This document shows positions 9,501 to 19,111 of a stretch of 64,000 bases of DNA, piece by piece. The translations under genes and the position numbers were made by a program. This DNA is from Clostridia bacterium (GTDB lineage: Bacteria; Bacillota; Clostridia; Oscillospirales; CAG-382). The notes below the pieces were generated by a model. It saw only the letters and a program-made list of their open reading frames with translations. It had not been told where the DNA came from and made no database searches. Where the stretch lies: NCBI GenBank assembly GCA_017447445.1, contig JAFSNK010000030.1:14260-78259 (forward strand), read 5' to 3'. Positions within the stretch are counted from its first letter, which is position 1; each line of letters opens with the position of its first letter.

Positions 9501-11410
9501 TTTCGGTCTCCTGTATAATGTTTTTTATCGAAAATCGCCGCGCCGAACGCCGGAAGACGGACCACAAGCTCGTTGCCGCCACCGGGAGTGCGCCTCGTTT
9601 TAAGCCGTTTGTCGTTTACGTAACCGAACCCGCCGTAATACGTTTCGTCGCTGTTGAGTATCTCGTAATAATAGCCGCTCTCGCGCACGGGGATGCGGTA
9701 TTCCTCGCGGTCGAGCCCGGAGAAGTTCAGGGCGACCACAGTGCGGTGCCCTTTTAACGATATGCGCTCGTATACGTATATGTTGTCGTCGCGGTTGTCC
9801 GGGAATATCCATTCGAATCCGCCGGGCTCGCAGTCCTGCTCGTAAAGCGAAGGGGTGTGCTTATACAAATGATTCAGGTCGGCGACGAAATCGCGCAGCA
9901 TGGCGTGCTTTTCGTAGTCGAGCAGGAACCATTCCAGCGAATCGGCGAAATTCCATTCGCGGAACTGCCCGAATTCGCAGCCCATAAACAGTAGCTTTTT
10001 GCCCGGATGCGTCATCATAAAGGTAAGGTAGGAACGCACGGTGGCGAACTTGGCGTTGTAGCGCCCGGGGCATTTGTCGATAAGACTTTTCTTGCCGTGG
10101 ACGACTTCGTCGTGCGAGATGGGAAGCATATAGTTTTCGGAATAGGCGTAGGTGATCGCGAAGGTCATTTTGTTGTGTACCGAGGAACGGAACACCGGGT
10201 CGGTGGAGATATAGCTTAAAGTATCGTTCATCCAGCCCATATTCCATTTCATGGTGAATCCGAGCCCGCTCTGCTTCGTGATCTCCGGGAACGCGGTGGA
10301 TTCCTCCGCGATAACGCAGCGGTCCGGGAAATAATCCTTTACCGCCTTGTTAAGCTTTTTGAAGAACGCGACGGATTCATAGGAGATGTTGCTGCCGTCC
10401 GGATTGGGGTTCCATTCGCCGGGCTTTTTGCCGTAGTCGAGATACAGCATCGAAGCGACCGCGTCGACGCGCAGACCGTCCGCGTGGAATTCGCCGAGCC
10501 AGTACATCGCGTTGGAGATAAGGAAGGACTGCACCTGGTTCCGGGCGACATCGAACCGGCGGGTGCCCCAGCCGGGGACCTCCATTCTGTCCGCGCCCTG
10601 ATACTCGTAAAGCGGCGCTCCGTCGAATTCGTAAAGCCCGTGTTCGTCCTTCGGGAAATGGGCGGGGACCCAGTCGAGTATAACGCCGATGCCGTGGGTG
10701 TGCATCGTATCTATAAAATACTTAAGGTCTTCCGGCTTGCCGAAGCGGGAGGTGGGCGCGAAATACCCGCACACCTGGTAACCCCAGCTTCCGTCGAACG
10801 GGTGCTCCGCGACAGGGAGCAGCTCGACGTGGGTGTATCCCATCCGCAGCGCGTATTCCGAAAGCTCGTCGGCGATCTCGCGGTAGTTCAGGAACCCGCC
10901 GCCGTAGCCGCGCTTCCAGGAGCCGAGATGCACCTCGTAGACGTTTATCGGCACGGGCGGCATTTTATCGCGCAGGAAGTATTCCGCGTGCCCTTTTATG
11001 TAGTCCATATGCAGCTTGTCGTGCCAGACGTATTCCGCTTCGGAATACAGACTGGCGCCGCCGGCGGGTATTTCGGAGAACCTGGCGTACGGGTCGCATT
11101 TATACACCCTTTTGCCGCCGCCGTCGACAATGAATTTATAGCGCGAGCATTCGCCGAAATCAATATTTTCGACCACGCGCACCCAAATTCCCGTTTCGTT
11201 CTTTTCCATGGGCAGATCGTCGCGCCAGGAATTGAAATCGCCGCAGACAAAGACGCGGTCCGCGTTGGGAGCCCAAACGCGGAACACGAAAGTCCGCCCG
11301 GAAACGCGATGCGCTCCGAGATATTCATACGCTTTGTAATTGTTGCCCTCGCCGAAAAGGAATTCGGCGTATTCGCTTCTCGCTATGTTGGAATTGCCGT
11401 CCATAACCAC
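9497..11410 (-). CDS. glgB: 1,4-alpha-glucan branching enzyme
   Basis: The 637-aa GH13_9-like product contains [26 protein letters not shown] and ESTAFP. Confidence 0.95.
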   Translation of the reverse strand: MVMDGNSNIARSEYAEFLFGEGNNYKAYEYLGAHRVSGRTFVFRVWAPNADRVFVCGDFNSWRDDLPMEKNETGIWVRVVENIDFGECSRYKFIVDGGGKRVYKCDPYARFSEIPAGGASLYSEAEYVWHDKLHMDYIKGHAEYFLRDKMPPVPINVYEVHLGSWKRGYGGGFLNYREIADELSEYALRMGYTHVELLPVAEHPFDGSWGYQVCGYFAPTSRFGKPEDLKYFIDTMHTHGIGVILDWVPAHFPKDEHGLYEFDGAPLYEYQGADRMEVPGWGTRRFDVARNQVQSFLISNAMYWLGEFHADGLRVDAVASMLYLDYGKKPGEWNPNPDGSNISYESVAFFKKLNKAVKDYFPDRCVIAEESTAFPEITKQSGLGFTMKWNMGWMNDTLSYISTDPVFRSSVHNKMTFAITYAYSENYMLPISHDEVVHGKKSLIDKCPGRYNAKFATVRSYLTFMMTHPGKKLLFMGCEFGQFREWNFADSLEWFLLDYEKHAMLRDFVADLNHLYKHTPSLYEQDCEPGGFEWIFPDNRDDNIYVYERISLKGHRTVVALNFSGLDREEYRIPVRESGYYYEILNSDETYYGGFGYVNDKRLKTRRTPGGGNELVVRLPAFGAAIFDKKHYTGDRK

Positions 11411-11423
11411 ACTTCCCGGAAGT

Positions 11424-11612
11424 TTATTCTTCTGACGCCGAGGTATATTCCACGGCGTAAATGTTATCCAGCGCGTCGTTCACCTCGTCGCCGTAGAGCC
11501 CGCCGGAACCCGCCGCGGCGATAAGAGCCGCGGAAAGGGCGCACAGCACCAGCGCCGCCGCGACGCGGGCGATAAGGTCTTTGCGTTTTTTTGTAAGCTC
11601 GGGAAAAAGCAT
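11424..11612 (-). CDS. Small hypothetical membrane protein (62 aa), possibly the first cistron of the glg operon
   Basis: It has one hydrophobic helix (VAAALVLCALSAALIAAAG), a weak GAGGA-type RBS and a promoter-like element upstream. I recognise no homology. Confidence 0.35.
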   Translation of the reverse strand: MLFPELTKKRKDLIARVAAALVLCALSAALIAAAGSGGLYGDEVNDALDNIYAVEYTSASEE

Positions 11613-11650
11613 TTTTCCGTCCTCTCGGTATCACAGTCTTATACAAGTAT

Positions 11651-11679
11651 ATATTACCATTTCAACAGAATAAAATCAA
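11651..11679 (-). promoter_or_regulatory. Putative sigma-A promoter of the glg operon
   Basis: The minus strand reads TTGATT-17 nt-TAATAT, upstream of the small ORF and glgB. Confidence 0.45.
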
Positions 11680-11768
11680 GGGTATTTTTAACAAAAACAC
11701 CATATTATTGCACACAAATATTCTATGGAAATATTTTTGTTCACGGTGAAAAAATATTAAAAAAGGGC

Positions 11769-11797
11769 TTTACAAACGCGAAATTATGTGGTATATT
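11769..11797 (+). promoter_or_regulatory. Putative sigma-A promoter of rpsO
   Basis: TTTACA-17 nt-TATATT, with TG two nt upstream of the -10 (extended -10). Confidence 0.6.
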
Positions 11798-11803
11798 AGG
11801 TGC

Positions 11804-11927
11804 GTATGCGGATTTGTTCCGCCGCATCGGGGTTTGCCGAGTTTGCGGGCACACGGGCTTCTATGCCCGGCTTCACCGGCCGCCGGCTCCGTTTACCGCC
11901 GAAATATTATTATGAAAGGTGAAAAAA
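11804..11927 (+). promoter_or_regulatory. Structured rpsO 5' leader, a candidate S15 autoregulatory element
   Basis: The roughly 120-nt GC-rich leader has local hairpins (TGCGG..CCGCA, CGGGC..GCCCG, CCGGC..GCCGG) ahead of the RBS GAAAGGTG. Confidence 0.35.
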
Positions 11928-12194
11928 ATGATCGCAAAGGAAACAAAGCAGCAGCTCATCAAGGAGTATGCCGTTCACGAAGGCGACACCGGTTCGCCCG
12001 AAGTGCAGATCGCCATACTCTCCAGGCGCATCGCCGAGCTGACCGAGCATCTTAAAAACAACCCCAACGACAATCATTCCCGCAGGGGCATGCAGAAGAT
12101 GATCGGCAAGAGAAGAAAATTCCTTAATTATCTTCTCAACAACGACATCGAGCGTTACCGTTCCGTGATCGAACGTCTCGGTATCAGAAAGTAA
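11928..12194 (+). CDS. rpsO: 30S ribosomal protein S15
   Basis: [43 protein letters not shown] is an S15 sequence. I prefer the ATG at 11928, which has an RBS 6 nt upstream, over the GTG at 11919 used by the track. Confidence 0.95.
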   Translation: MIAKETKQQLIKEYAVHEGDTGSPEVQIAILSRRIAELTEHLKNNPNDNHSRRGMQKMIGKRRKFLNYLLNNDIERYRSVIERLGIRK

Positions 12195-12204
12195 GTATTT
12201 CCTG

Positions 12205-12239
12205 CACAAGCAATGCGGTCTTCCGCCGCATTGCTTGTG
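12205..12239 (+). promoter_or_regulatory. Perfect 14-bp hairpin between rpsO and pnp (attenuator or processing site)
   Basis: CACAAGCAATGCGG-loop-CCGCATTGCTTGTG with no strong U-run. Its position matches the rpsO-pnp intergenic hairpin known from other bacteria. Confidence 0.6.
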
Positions 12240-12390
12240 TTGTGAAACCCCCTTGCATCCGTTAAGAATAGAAAGGCGCACGGTGGGTTTAGCAGTTAAC
12301 TTTATACCGGAGCTTATCCGGTGCGAAGTTAAGTGTTAAACTTATCCGCGGACCTTTCTTGAAATATGAATAAAAGAAAGGAAAACAAAA

Positions 12391-14499
12391 ATGTTCGAAC
12401 AATTCAGAACCTTCAAGTACGAGCTTGCCGGAAGACCTCTTGTTATCGAGACCGGCAAAATGGCGCAGTTGGCGGGCGGGTCCTGCCTCGTGCGCTACGG
12501 CGAGACCGCGGTGCTTGCCAACGCCACCATGTCGCCCGCCCCGCGCGACGGCATCGATTTCCTTCCCCTTTCCGTCGATTACGAAGAGCGTCTTTACGCC
12601 GCCGGCAAGATACCGGGAAGCTGGAACCGCCGCGAAGGCAGACCTACCGAGCACGCGATACTCGCTTCGCGCGTGATCGACAGGCCGATACGCCCCCTGT
12701 TCCCCAAGGACCTGCGCAACGACGTGGTCATTTCGCTCACCGTTATGTCCGTCGATCCCGATTGCTCGCCCGAGATATCGGCGATGATCGGCGCTTCGAT
12801 CGCGATCTCTATTTCCAACATTCCGTGGAACGGCCCGATAGCCGGCGTTTTCGTCGGTCTTGTCGACGGCAAGATAGTTATCAACCCCACCGAGGAGCAG
12901 CGCAAGAGGAGCGATCTCGAGCTCACGGTCGCCGGCACCAAGGAAAAGGTCGTTATGATCGAAGCCGGCGCCAATGAAGTCGACGACGACACCATGTTCG
13001 AAGCCATTATGAAGGCGCACGAATATATCAAGCCGCTTACCGATTTCATAAACGACATAAAAGACAAGATCGGCAAACCGAAATTCGAATATCCCGCTTT
13101 CGAGATAGACCACGAGATGTTCGACCGCATCGAGGCGATGGTCGCCGAGGACGTGAAAGCCGCGCTGGATACCGACGACAAGCGTATCCGCGACGCCGCC
13201 CTGCAGCCGATATACGAACGCGTTTACGAAGCGCTTGCCGAGGATTATCCCGAAGGCAAACCGATGATCGACGAATGCCTTTACAAGCTGCAGAAGCAGA
13301 TAGTCCGCCGCTGGCTCCTTGACGAGCAGAAGCGCGTTGACGGCAGAAGGATGGACCAGATCCGTCCGCTCGCCGCCGAAGTCGCGGTACTTCCGAGGAC
13401 GCACGGTTCGGGTATGTTCACCAGAGGACAGACTCAGGTGCTTACCGTCGCAACGCTCGCGCCTGTCAGCGAAGAACAGCTTCTCGACGGCATCGACGGA
13501 GTCGATACCAAAAGATATATGCACCACTACAATATGCCCGGCTATTCCGTGGGCGAGGCGAAAGCCGCCCGCAGCCCCGGCAGGCGTGAGATAGGCCACG
13601 GCGCTCTTGCCGAAAGGTCGCTCGTTCCGGTGCTTCCCTCCGTGGACGAATTCCCCTATGCCATCCGTCTTGTGAGCGAAGTCATTTCCTCCAACGGCTC
13701 CACCTCGCAGGCCTCGGTCTGCGGCTCGACGCTGGCGCTTATGGACGCGGGCGTTCCGATAAAAGCTCCCGTCGCCGGTATCTCCTGCGGTCTTATAACC
13801 GAAGGCGAACGCTGGATGACCATGATCGACATCCAGGGGCTGGAAGACTTCTTCGGCGATATGGACTTCAAGGTCGCCGGCACCAAGAAGGGCATCACCT
13901 CCATTCAGATGGACCTTAAGATAGACGGTCTTACCCCCGCTATTATAAAGAACGCTCTGAAAACCACCCACAAGGGCAGGAATTATATCATAGACGATAT
14001 AATCACCCCGGTCATCGCGAAGCCGAGAGACGACGTTTCGAAGTACGCTCCCAAGATGATCTCCACCAAGATCGATCCGGACAAGATCCGCGAAGTCATC
14101 GGCTCCGGCGGCAAGGTGATCCAGAAGATCTGCGCCGACCACGACTGCAAGATAGATATCGAGGACGACGGCTCCGTATTCATCGCCGCGGTGAACAAGG
14201 ACAACGCCTACAAGGCGCTGAAGGTCATCGAAGCGATAGCGAAGGACCCGGAACCCGGCGAGATATTCTACGGCACCGTTACCCGTATTATGAGCTTCGG
14301 CGCGTTCGTGGAGATCGCCCCCGGCAAGGAAGGGCTCGTCCACATCTCGCAGCTTGACAAAAAGCGCGTGAACAAGGTCGAAGACGTCGTTTCCATCGGC
14401 GATACCATTAAGGTAATAGTTTCCGAGATAGACGATAAGGGCCGTCTGAACCTCTCCCGCAAGGACGCGCTCGACGTAGTCGACGACGAAAATTTCTGA
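12391..14499 (+). CDS. pnp: Polyribonucleotide nucleotidyltransferase (PNPase)
   Basis: The 702-aa product has two RNase PH domains, a KH domain and a C-terminal S1 domain (GTVTRIMSFGAFVEIAPGKEGLVHIS). Confidence 0.97.
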   Translation: MFEQFRTFKYELAGRPLVIETGKMAQLAGGSCLVRYGETAVLANATMSPAPRDGIDFLPLSVDYEERLYAAGKIPGSWNRREGRPTEHAILASRVIDRPIRPLFPKDLRNDVVISLTVMSVDPDCSPEISAMIGASIAISISNIPWNGPIAGVFVGLVDGKIVINPTEEQRKRSDLELTVAGTKEKVVMIEAGANEVDDDTMFEAIMKAHEYIKPLTDFINDIKDKIGKPKFEYPAFEIDHEMFDRIEAMVAEDVKAALDTDDKRIRDAALQPIYERVYEALAEDYPEGKPMIDECLYKLQKQIVRRWLLDEQKRVDGRRMDQIRPLAAEVAVLPRTHGSGMFTRGQTQVLTVATLAPVSEEQLLDGIDGVDTKRYMHHYNMPGYSVGEAKAARSPGRREIGHGALAERSLVPVLPSVDEFPYAIRLVSEVISSNGSTSQASVCGSTLALMDAGVPIKAPVAGISCGLITEGERWMTMIDIQGLEDFFGDMDFKVAGTKKGITSIQMDLKIDGLTPAIIKNALKTTHKGRNYIIDDIITPVIAKPRDDVSKYAPKMISTKIDPDKIREVIGSGGKVIQKICADHDCKIDIEDDGSVFIAAVNKDNAYKALKVIEAIAKDPEPGEIFYGTVTRIMSFGAFVEIAPGKEGLVHISQLDKKRVNKVEDVVSIGDTIKVIVSEIDDKGRLNLSRKDALDVVDDENF

Positions 14500-14531
14500 T
14501 AACACGAAGAATCAAACGTATTAAAAGTTAA

Positions 14532-14560
14532 AAGGGCAACCGCTTTTTGCAGTTGCCCTT
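14532..14560. terminator. Shared hairpin between the convergent pnp and lipoprotein genes
   Basis: AAGGGCAAC-11 nt-GTTGCCCTT. The U-runs are weak on both strands. Confidence 0.5.
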
Positions 14561-14586
14561 TCCCGTTTGCCCGTATTTATCTGTTC

Positions 14587-15072
14587 TTACTCCCCGGCGA
14601 CTATAAGCAGAGTTATACCGTCGCCGCCGATGTAAACCGCCAAATCGCCGCCGCACACCGCCACGCTGACTCCGTCGTCGGTTTGATAGCCGACGAGATA
14701 GAAATACACCTTCCACACGTCGGCTTCTTTGTCGTAGCTGACCGAACAGTCTTCACCGGCGCGCGGCTTGTGCTCGTTCAAGGCGCGGGCGAACGCTTCG
14801 GAGGCGGAGCCGATCGCGTAAACCTCGGTATTGGCAAATCCGCCGCGTATTATGCCCGCGTCTTCGACGCCGTCATAATGCGCCTTTGTTTCCGCCCAGG
14901 AAAATTCGCCGGTAAATAACGCTTCTTTTTTCTCCGGGAACTCCGCCGACACGCCGTTTTCCGGCTTTGCGTCCGCGGAGACCGAAACAGCGGTCTTATT
15001 CTCCGCGCAGGCGGCAAGAAGCATTATCGCGGCAAGCGCGAGTAATACGGAAACGATTTTTGATGTCTTCAT
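14587..15072 (-). CDS. Hypothetical lipoprotein
   Basis: Signal peptide with a lipobox: MKTSKIVSVLLALAAIMLLAAC. Confidence 0.65.
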   Translation of the reverse strand: MKTSKIVSVLLALAAIMLLAACAENKTAVSVSADAKPENGVSAEFPEKKEALFTGEFSWAETKAHYDGVEDAGIIRGGFANTEVYAIGSASEAFARALNEHKPRAGEDCSVSYDKEADVWKVYFYLVGYQTDDGVSVAVCGGDLAVYIGGDGITLLIVAGE

Positions 15073-15162
15073 AAGCGACTCTCCTTCGGCAAAATATTGC
15101 TTTCTTTATATAATACTTTGAAAAACGCAAAAAGCGGACAAAAAATCGAAAAAGTTTTTGTA

Positions 15163-15191
15163 TTGACTTTACGGCGCATAAATGATAGAAT
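15163..15191 (+). promoter_or_regulatory. Putative sigma-A promoter of pdp
   Basis: TTGACT-17 nt-TAGAAT. Confidence 0.55.
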
Positions 15192-15238
15192 AAAGGACAC
15201 AAAAGCAAACACATCGCCGATAACGGAGGTGCGGCAAA

Positions 15239-16558
15239 ATGTTCAGGATGAACGACATTATTCATTTGAAGCAGGAAGGGCGGGAGCTCAACGAGGATCA
15301 GATCGCGTATTTCGTGCGCGGGGTGACCGACGGGAGCATTCCCGATTACCAGATCTCCGCGCTGCTTATGGCGATCTGGTTCAACGGGATGTCGGAGGAC
15401 GAGACCGTTCTGCTTACCGAATATTTCACCGACAGCGGCGAAAAGGCGGAATTCCCGGATATTCCCGGCAAAAAAGCGGATAAGCACAGCACCGGAGGCG
15501 TGGGCGACAAGACCTCGCTTATCGTGCTGCCCATAGTTGCGGCGACGGAGCGCGGCGTTTATATGCCGAAGACCGCCGGACGCGGGCTTGGCTTTACGGG
15601 CGGCACCCTGGACAAGCTGGAATCCGTCCCCGGTGTGAACACCGAGCTGAGCGCCGAAAAGTTCCGCAGGACCGTGAACGAGATAGGATTCTGCATAGCC
15701 GGGCAGAGCAGGCGTTTGGCGCCCGCGGACGCGAAGCTGTGCGCCCTGCGCGACGTTACCGCCACCGCGAACTGCATACCTCTTATAGCCGCCAGCGTTA
15801 TGAGCAAAAAGTTGGTGTGCGGAAGCGACTGCATCGTTCTGGACGTAAAGTGCGGCAGCGGTTCCTTCTGCCGCGATATGCACGAAGCGGAGGAGCTTGC
15901 GCGGCTTATGGTGCGCATCGGCGCGCGCGAGAACCGCAAGACAGTCGCGCTGATAACCGATATGTCGGCGCCGCTGGGGCGCGCCGTGGGCAACAGCGTG
16001 GAGCTGATAGAAGCGATAAACGTGCTTGACGGGCGCGGCGACGAGGACCTTACCGACCTCTGCCTTACCCTTGCGGCGAACATACTTTACGCCGCGAACG
16101 CCGCCGATTACGACGAATGCTACGCCGCCGCGGAAGAGACGGTCTACAACGGGAGCGCCAAAAAGAAACTCGCCGACCTGGTGGAATGCCTGGGCGGCGA
16201 CAAGCGGTATATCTATGACACTTCCCTGTTCGCCGAAAGCAACGTGAGCGCGGTGCTCGCCGCCGACAGAAGCGGATATATCACCGACATCGACGCGATG
16301 GACGTCGGGCGGGCGGCGTGGATCCTGGGCGCAGGAAGAAGCGTGATGGGCGCCGCCATAGACCACACCGCGGGCATAGTTTTCAACAAGCGCGTGGGCG
16401 AATACGTTTCGGCGGGAGAAGCGGTGGCGACTTTGCAGACCCGCGGCATCGACAAGGCGCAGGCGGGGATGGAGCATCTGTTCCGCGCGATAACTATAGG
16501 CGCCGCAGCGCCGCAAAAACGCCCGCTCGTGCTTAAATGCATCGGCGGCAAGTATTAA
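15239..16558 (+). CDS. pdp: Pyrimidine-nucleoside (thymidine) phosphorylase
   Basis: DYQISALLMAIWFNGMSEDE and KHSTGGVGDKTSL motifs; 439 aa. Confidence 0.93.
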   Translation: MFRMNDIIHLKQEGRELNEDQIAYFVRGVTDGSIPDYQISALLMAIWFNGMSEDETVLLTEYFTDSGEKAEFPDIPGKKADKHSTGGVGDKTSLIVLPIVAATERGVYMPKTAGRGLGFTGGTLDKLESVPGVNTELSAEKFRRTVNEIGFCIAGQSRRLAPADAKLCALRDVTATANCIPLIAASVMSKKLVCGSDCIVLDVKCGSGSFCRDMHEAEELARLMVRIGARENRKTVALITDMSAPLGRAVGNSVELIEAINVLDGRGDEDLTDLCLTLAANILYAANAADYDECYAAAEETVYNGSAKKKLADLVECLGGDKRYIYDTSLFAESNVSAVLAADRSGYITDIDAMDVGRAAWILGAGRSVMGAAIDHTAGIVFNKRVGEYVSAGEAVATLQTRGIDKAQAGMEHLFRAITIGAAAPQKRPLVLKCIGGKY

Positions 16559-16622
16559 AGCTAAATCTTTGAAATGCTCTGCAGCATAAATCACACTGAC
16601 TTTTGGGAGGAGGGAGTTTTCA

Positions 16623-17438
16623 ATGAGCAAACTCACATGTGATGTTTGCAACAGCGATAACATAATTAAGCAAGACGGCATTTTTATCTGCCAGAATTGC
16701 GGGGCCAAGTATAGCGTAGCAGATATGCAAAAAAAGTATAAACAAATCAGCGTAAATAGCGAAGATGAAAACATAAATAAAACGAAAAGTCAGGCCCAGC
16801 AAAAGAATAAAAAATCTAAATCCATATGGATTACACTACTCTGGATATTGATTCCAGTTGTAGTATTCATTATTGGAGTTAATCTATTTGATTCCAATAA
16901 GAGTGGTGGTGTCGGTTCAAATAGTACTCCTGTAGTATCGTCGCTTTCAAAGAATAATAATGGTAATACTAGTTCCCAAAGTACAGAAGAAAAAATATGG
17001 GTAAAAAAGGCATATGTTGATGAATTTGGCGATGAAACATCACAAACATACTTAACATGCGATATTCTCATCGGAACTTTTTCAAATAGTGCAACAACTA
17101 ACTCATCATGTTGTTTTAAAATGCTAATTGATAAAAGCAACATAGCCATTATAATTTTAGAATATGGTTATTCTATTGTAAAGAATCCATATTCGCGCGG
17201 TACAGAGTACGGCATTCAAGTTAAATCAGAAGATGGGCGTATATACAAGTTCTATGGCACAATGAACGATGATAGAATAATCATCGACGATAAAGACGAG
17301 AGCTCGTTTTTAAATGTTCTAAAAAACAATTATTCTTTAAAAGTCTATATTGAAGAATATGATACTCCGTCAAGCAGTTACAATTTTACAATAAAACGAG
17401 GCAATTTAAATGAAATGCTGCCATCTGTGAATCGATAA
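16623..17438 (+). CDS. Zinc-ribbon, single-pass membrane protein of unknown function, encoded in an AT-rich island
   Basis: The N-terminus has CDVCNSDN...CQNCGAKY (CxxC-x14-CxxC), followed by a K-rich linker, a TM helix (IWITLLWILIPVVVFIIGVNLF), an S/N-rich linker and a roughly 150-aa C-terminal domain. A GGAGG RBS lies upstream. Composition differs strongly from the neighbouring genes. Confidence 0.7.
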   Translation: MSKLTCDVCNSDNIIKQDGIFICQNCGAKYSVADMQKKYKQISVNSEDENINKTKSQAQQKNKKSKSIWITLLWILIPVVVFIIGVNLFDSNKSGGVGSNSTPVVSSLSKNNNGNTSSQSTEEKIWVKKAYVDEFGDETSQTYLTCDILIGTFSNSATTNSSCCFKMLIDKSNIAIIILEYGYSIVKNPYSRGTEYGIQVKSEDGRIYKFYGTMNDDRIIIDDKDESSFLNVLKNNYSLKVYIEEYDTPSSSYNFTIKRGNLNEMLPSVNR

Positions 17439-17504
17439 TACAATTCATCGATTAACATTCTAATAATCCACCATATTTACACATTAATAAGAGCATTCAT
17501 AAAT

Positions 17505-17924
17505 ATGCAACAGTTTATATCAAAAAGTATAAAAGATACCGAAGAGATAGCCGCGGAAGCGGCGAAAGGGCTGGAAAAAGGCGGTTTTCTGGCGCTTTAC
17601 GGCGAAATGGGCGCCGGCAAAACGGCGTTCGTTCGCGGACTGGTGAAAGCGCTTTGCCCAGAATGTCTGCCGCTCGTCCACTCCCCTACTTTTGCCATCG
17701 TGAACGAGTACGCGGGCGAAAATATCACGGTTTACCATTTCGATCTTTACCGCCTGACCGACGAAGACGACCTGCTTTCGACCGGGTTTTACGATTATAT
17801 CGACGGAAGATCGGTGATCGTTACCGAGTGGAGCGAACTTTTTAAAAACGCGATCCCGCCCGAAGCGGTACGGCTTAAGATAGAAATACTCGGCGAGACC
17901 GAAAGGAGGTTCACGCTATGTTAG
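17505..17924 (+). CDS. tsaE: tRNA t6A37 biosynthesis ATPase TsaE
   Basis: Walker A YGEMGAGKTAFVRG, then SPTFAIVNEY...HFDLYRL. Confidence 0.9.
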   Translation: MQQFISKSIKDTEEIAAEAAKGLEKGGFLALYGEMGAGKTAFVRGLVKALCPECLPLVHSPTFAIVNEYAGENITVYHFDLYRLTDEDDLLSTGFYDYIDGRSVIVTEWSELFKNAIPPEAVRLKIEILGETERRFTLC

Positions 17925-18628
17925 TCGCGGCGTTCGACAGCACGGCGGTAACGGCTTCCGCCGCCGCTGCGGATATAGACGAAAACGGCGAAGTGCGTAC
18001 CTACGCGCTGTTCACCGTGAAAAACAGGCTTACGCACAGCGAAACGCTGCTGCCGATGTTCGAGCAAGCGTTGAAAACTTTCGGCGCTGACGTGAGCGAT
18101 ATAGGGCTTTACGCCGTGAGCGCGGGGCCTGGTTCGTTTACCGGGGTGCGGATAGGCGTGGCGACGGTGAAAGGGCTGGCGACGCCTTACGGCACGCCGT
18201 GCGTCGGCGTTTCGGCGCCGGAAGCAATAGCCGCAAATATTAAAAACGGAACCGTTTGCGCGCTTATGGACGCGCGCCGCGCGCAGTTCTACACCGCGCT
18301 TTTCAAAAACGGCGAAAGGATCGCGCCGGATTCCGCGCTTTCGGCGGAAGAGATCTACACCGCGTTGCCGAAGGGCGAAAGCATAACGCTCTGCGGCGAC
18401 GGGGCGTCGCTTTTCAAATCGTTTTACCCGGACGACGGCTCGCTTTTCGTCGCTCCGGCGGCGGGGATCGACCAGAACGCGTTATCTGTCGCGGTGTGCG
18501 GCCTGAAAAAATACAAAAACGGCGGCGCGACGGACGCGGCGGGGCTTAAACCCGTTTATTTGCGCGTGCCGCAGGCGGAGCGCGAACGGCTTGAACGCGA
18601 ACAAACACAAAAAGGAGATATAAAATGA
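17918..18628 (+). CDS. tsaB: tRNA t6A37 biosynthesis protein TsaB
   Basis: HSETLLPMFEQAL and GPGSFTGVRIGVATVKGLA motifs; overlaps the tsaE stop. Confidence 0.85.
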   Translation: MLVAAFDSTAVTASAAAADIDENGEVRTYALFTVKNRLTHSETLLPMFEQALKTFGADVSDIGLYAVSAGPGSFTGVRIGVATVKGLATPYGTPCVGVSAPEAIAANIKNGTVCALMDARRAQFYTALFKNGERIAPDSALSAEEIYTALPKGESITLCGDGASLFKSFYPDDGSLFVAPAAGIDQNALSVAVCGLKKYKNGGATDAAGLKPVYLRVPQAERERLEREQTQKGDIK

Positions 18629-19050
18629 TAGTTCTGGGATGCGACCACGGCGGGCTTGACATAAAGAACGCCATTATTGGTTATCTTAACGAAAACGGGA
18701 TAGAGTTCACCGACCTCGGCTGCTACACGCACGATTCGGTGGATTATCCGGTCTACGCGAAAGCGGTCTGCGCCGAGATAGTCTCCGGCAGAGCCGAAAA
18801 GGGCATACTCTGCTGCGGGACGGGTATAGGCATGTCCATCGCCGCGAACAAGGTAAAAGGCATTCGCGCCGCGGTGCTTTCGGACGAATTCAGCGCCGAA
18901 ATGACGCGCCGCCACAATAACGCGAACGTGCTTTGCCTCGGCGGCAGAGTGATAGACGGCGAAAAGGCGGTTAAGCTTGCGAAGATATTCCTGGAAACGC
19001 CATACGAGGGCGGGCGGCACGACAGGCGCGTCGCCATGCTGGAGGACTGA
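18625..19050 (+). CDS. rpiB: Ribose-5-phosphate isomerase B
   Basis: MIVLGCDHGG...GILCCGTGIGMSIAANKVKGIRAA...RHNNANVLCLGGRV. Confidence 0.93.
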   Translation: MIVLGCDHGGLDIKNAIIGYLNENGIEFTDLGCYTHDSVDYPVYAKAVCAEIVSGRAEKGILCCGTGIGMSIAANKVKGIRAAVLSDEFSAEMTRRHNNANVLCLGGRVIDGEKAVKLAKIFLETPYEGGRHDRRVAMLED

Positions 19051-19068
19051 AACAACAAAAAAAGAAAA

Positions 19069-19100
19069 AGACCGGGTGTTCAAAACATCCGGTCTTTTTA
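19069..19100. terminator. Bidirectional intrinsic terminator between rpiB and ftsZ
   Basis: GACCGGGTGTT-CAA-AACATCCGGTC, flanked by an A-run upstream and TTTTTATT downstream. Confidence 0.7.
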
Positions 19101-19111
19101 TTCGGCTTGAT

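Noticed and set aside
12289-14505. 738-aa ORF antisense to pnp
   Set aside because: It exactly shadows the well-supported pnp gene on the opposite strand. Its product is G/R/V/A-rich low-information sequence, typical of antisense frames in high-GC3 genes.
14996-16774. 592-aa minus-strand ORF
   Set aside because: It is antisense to pdp and has no RBS or motifs. It also runs across the compositional boundary into the AT-rich island, which a real gene would be unlikely to do.
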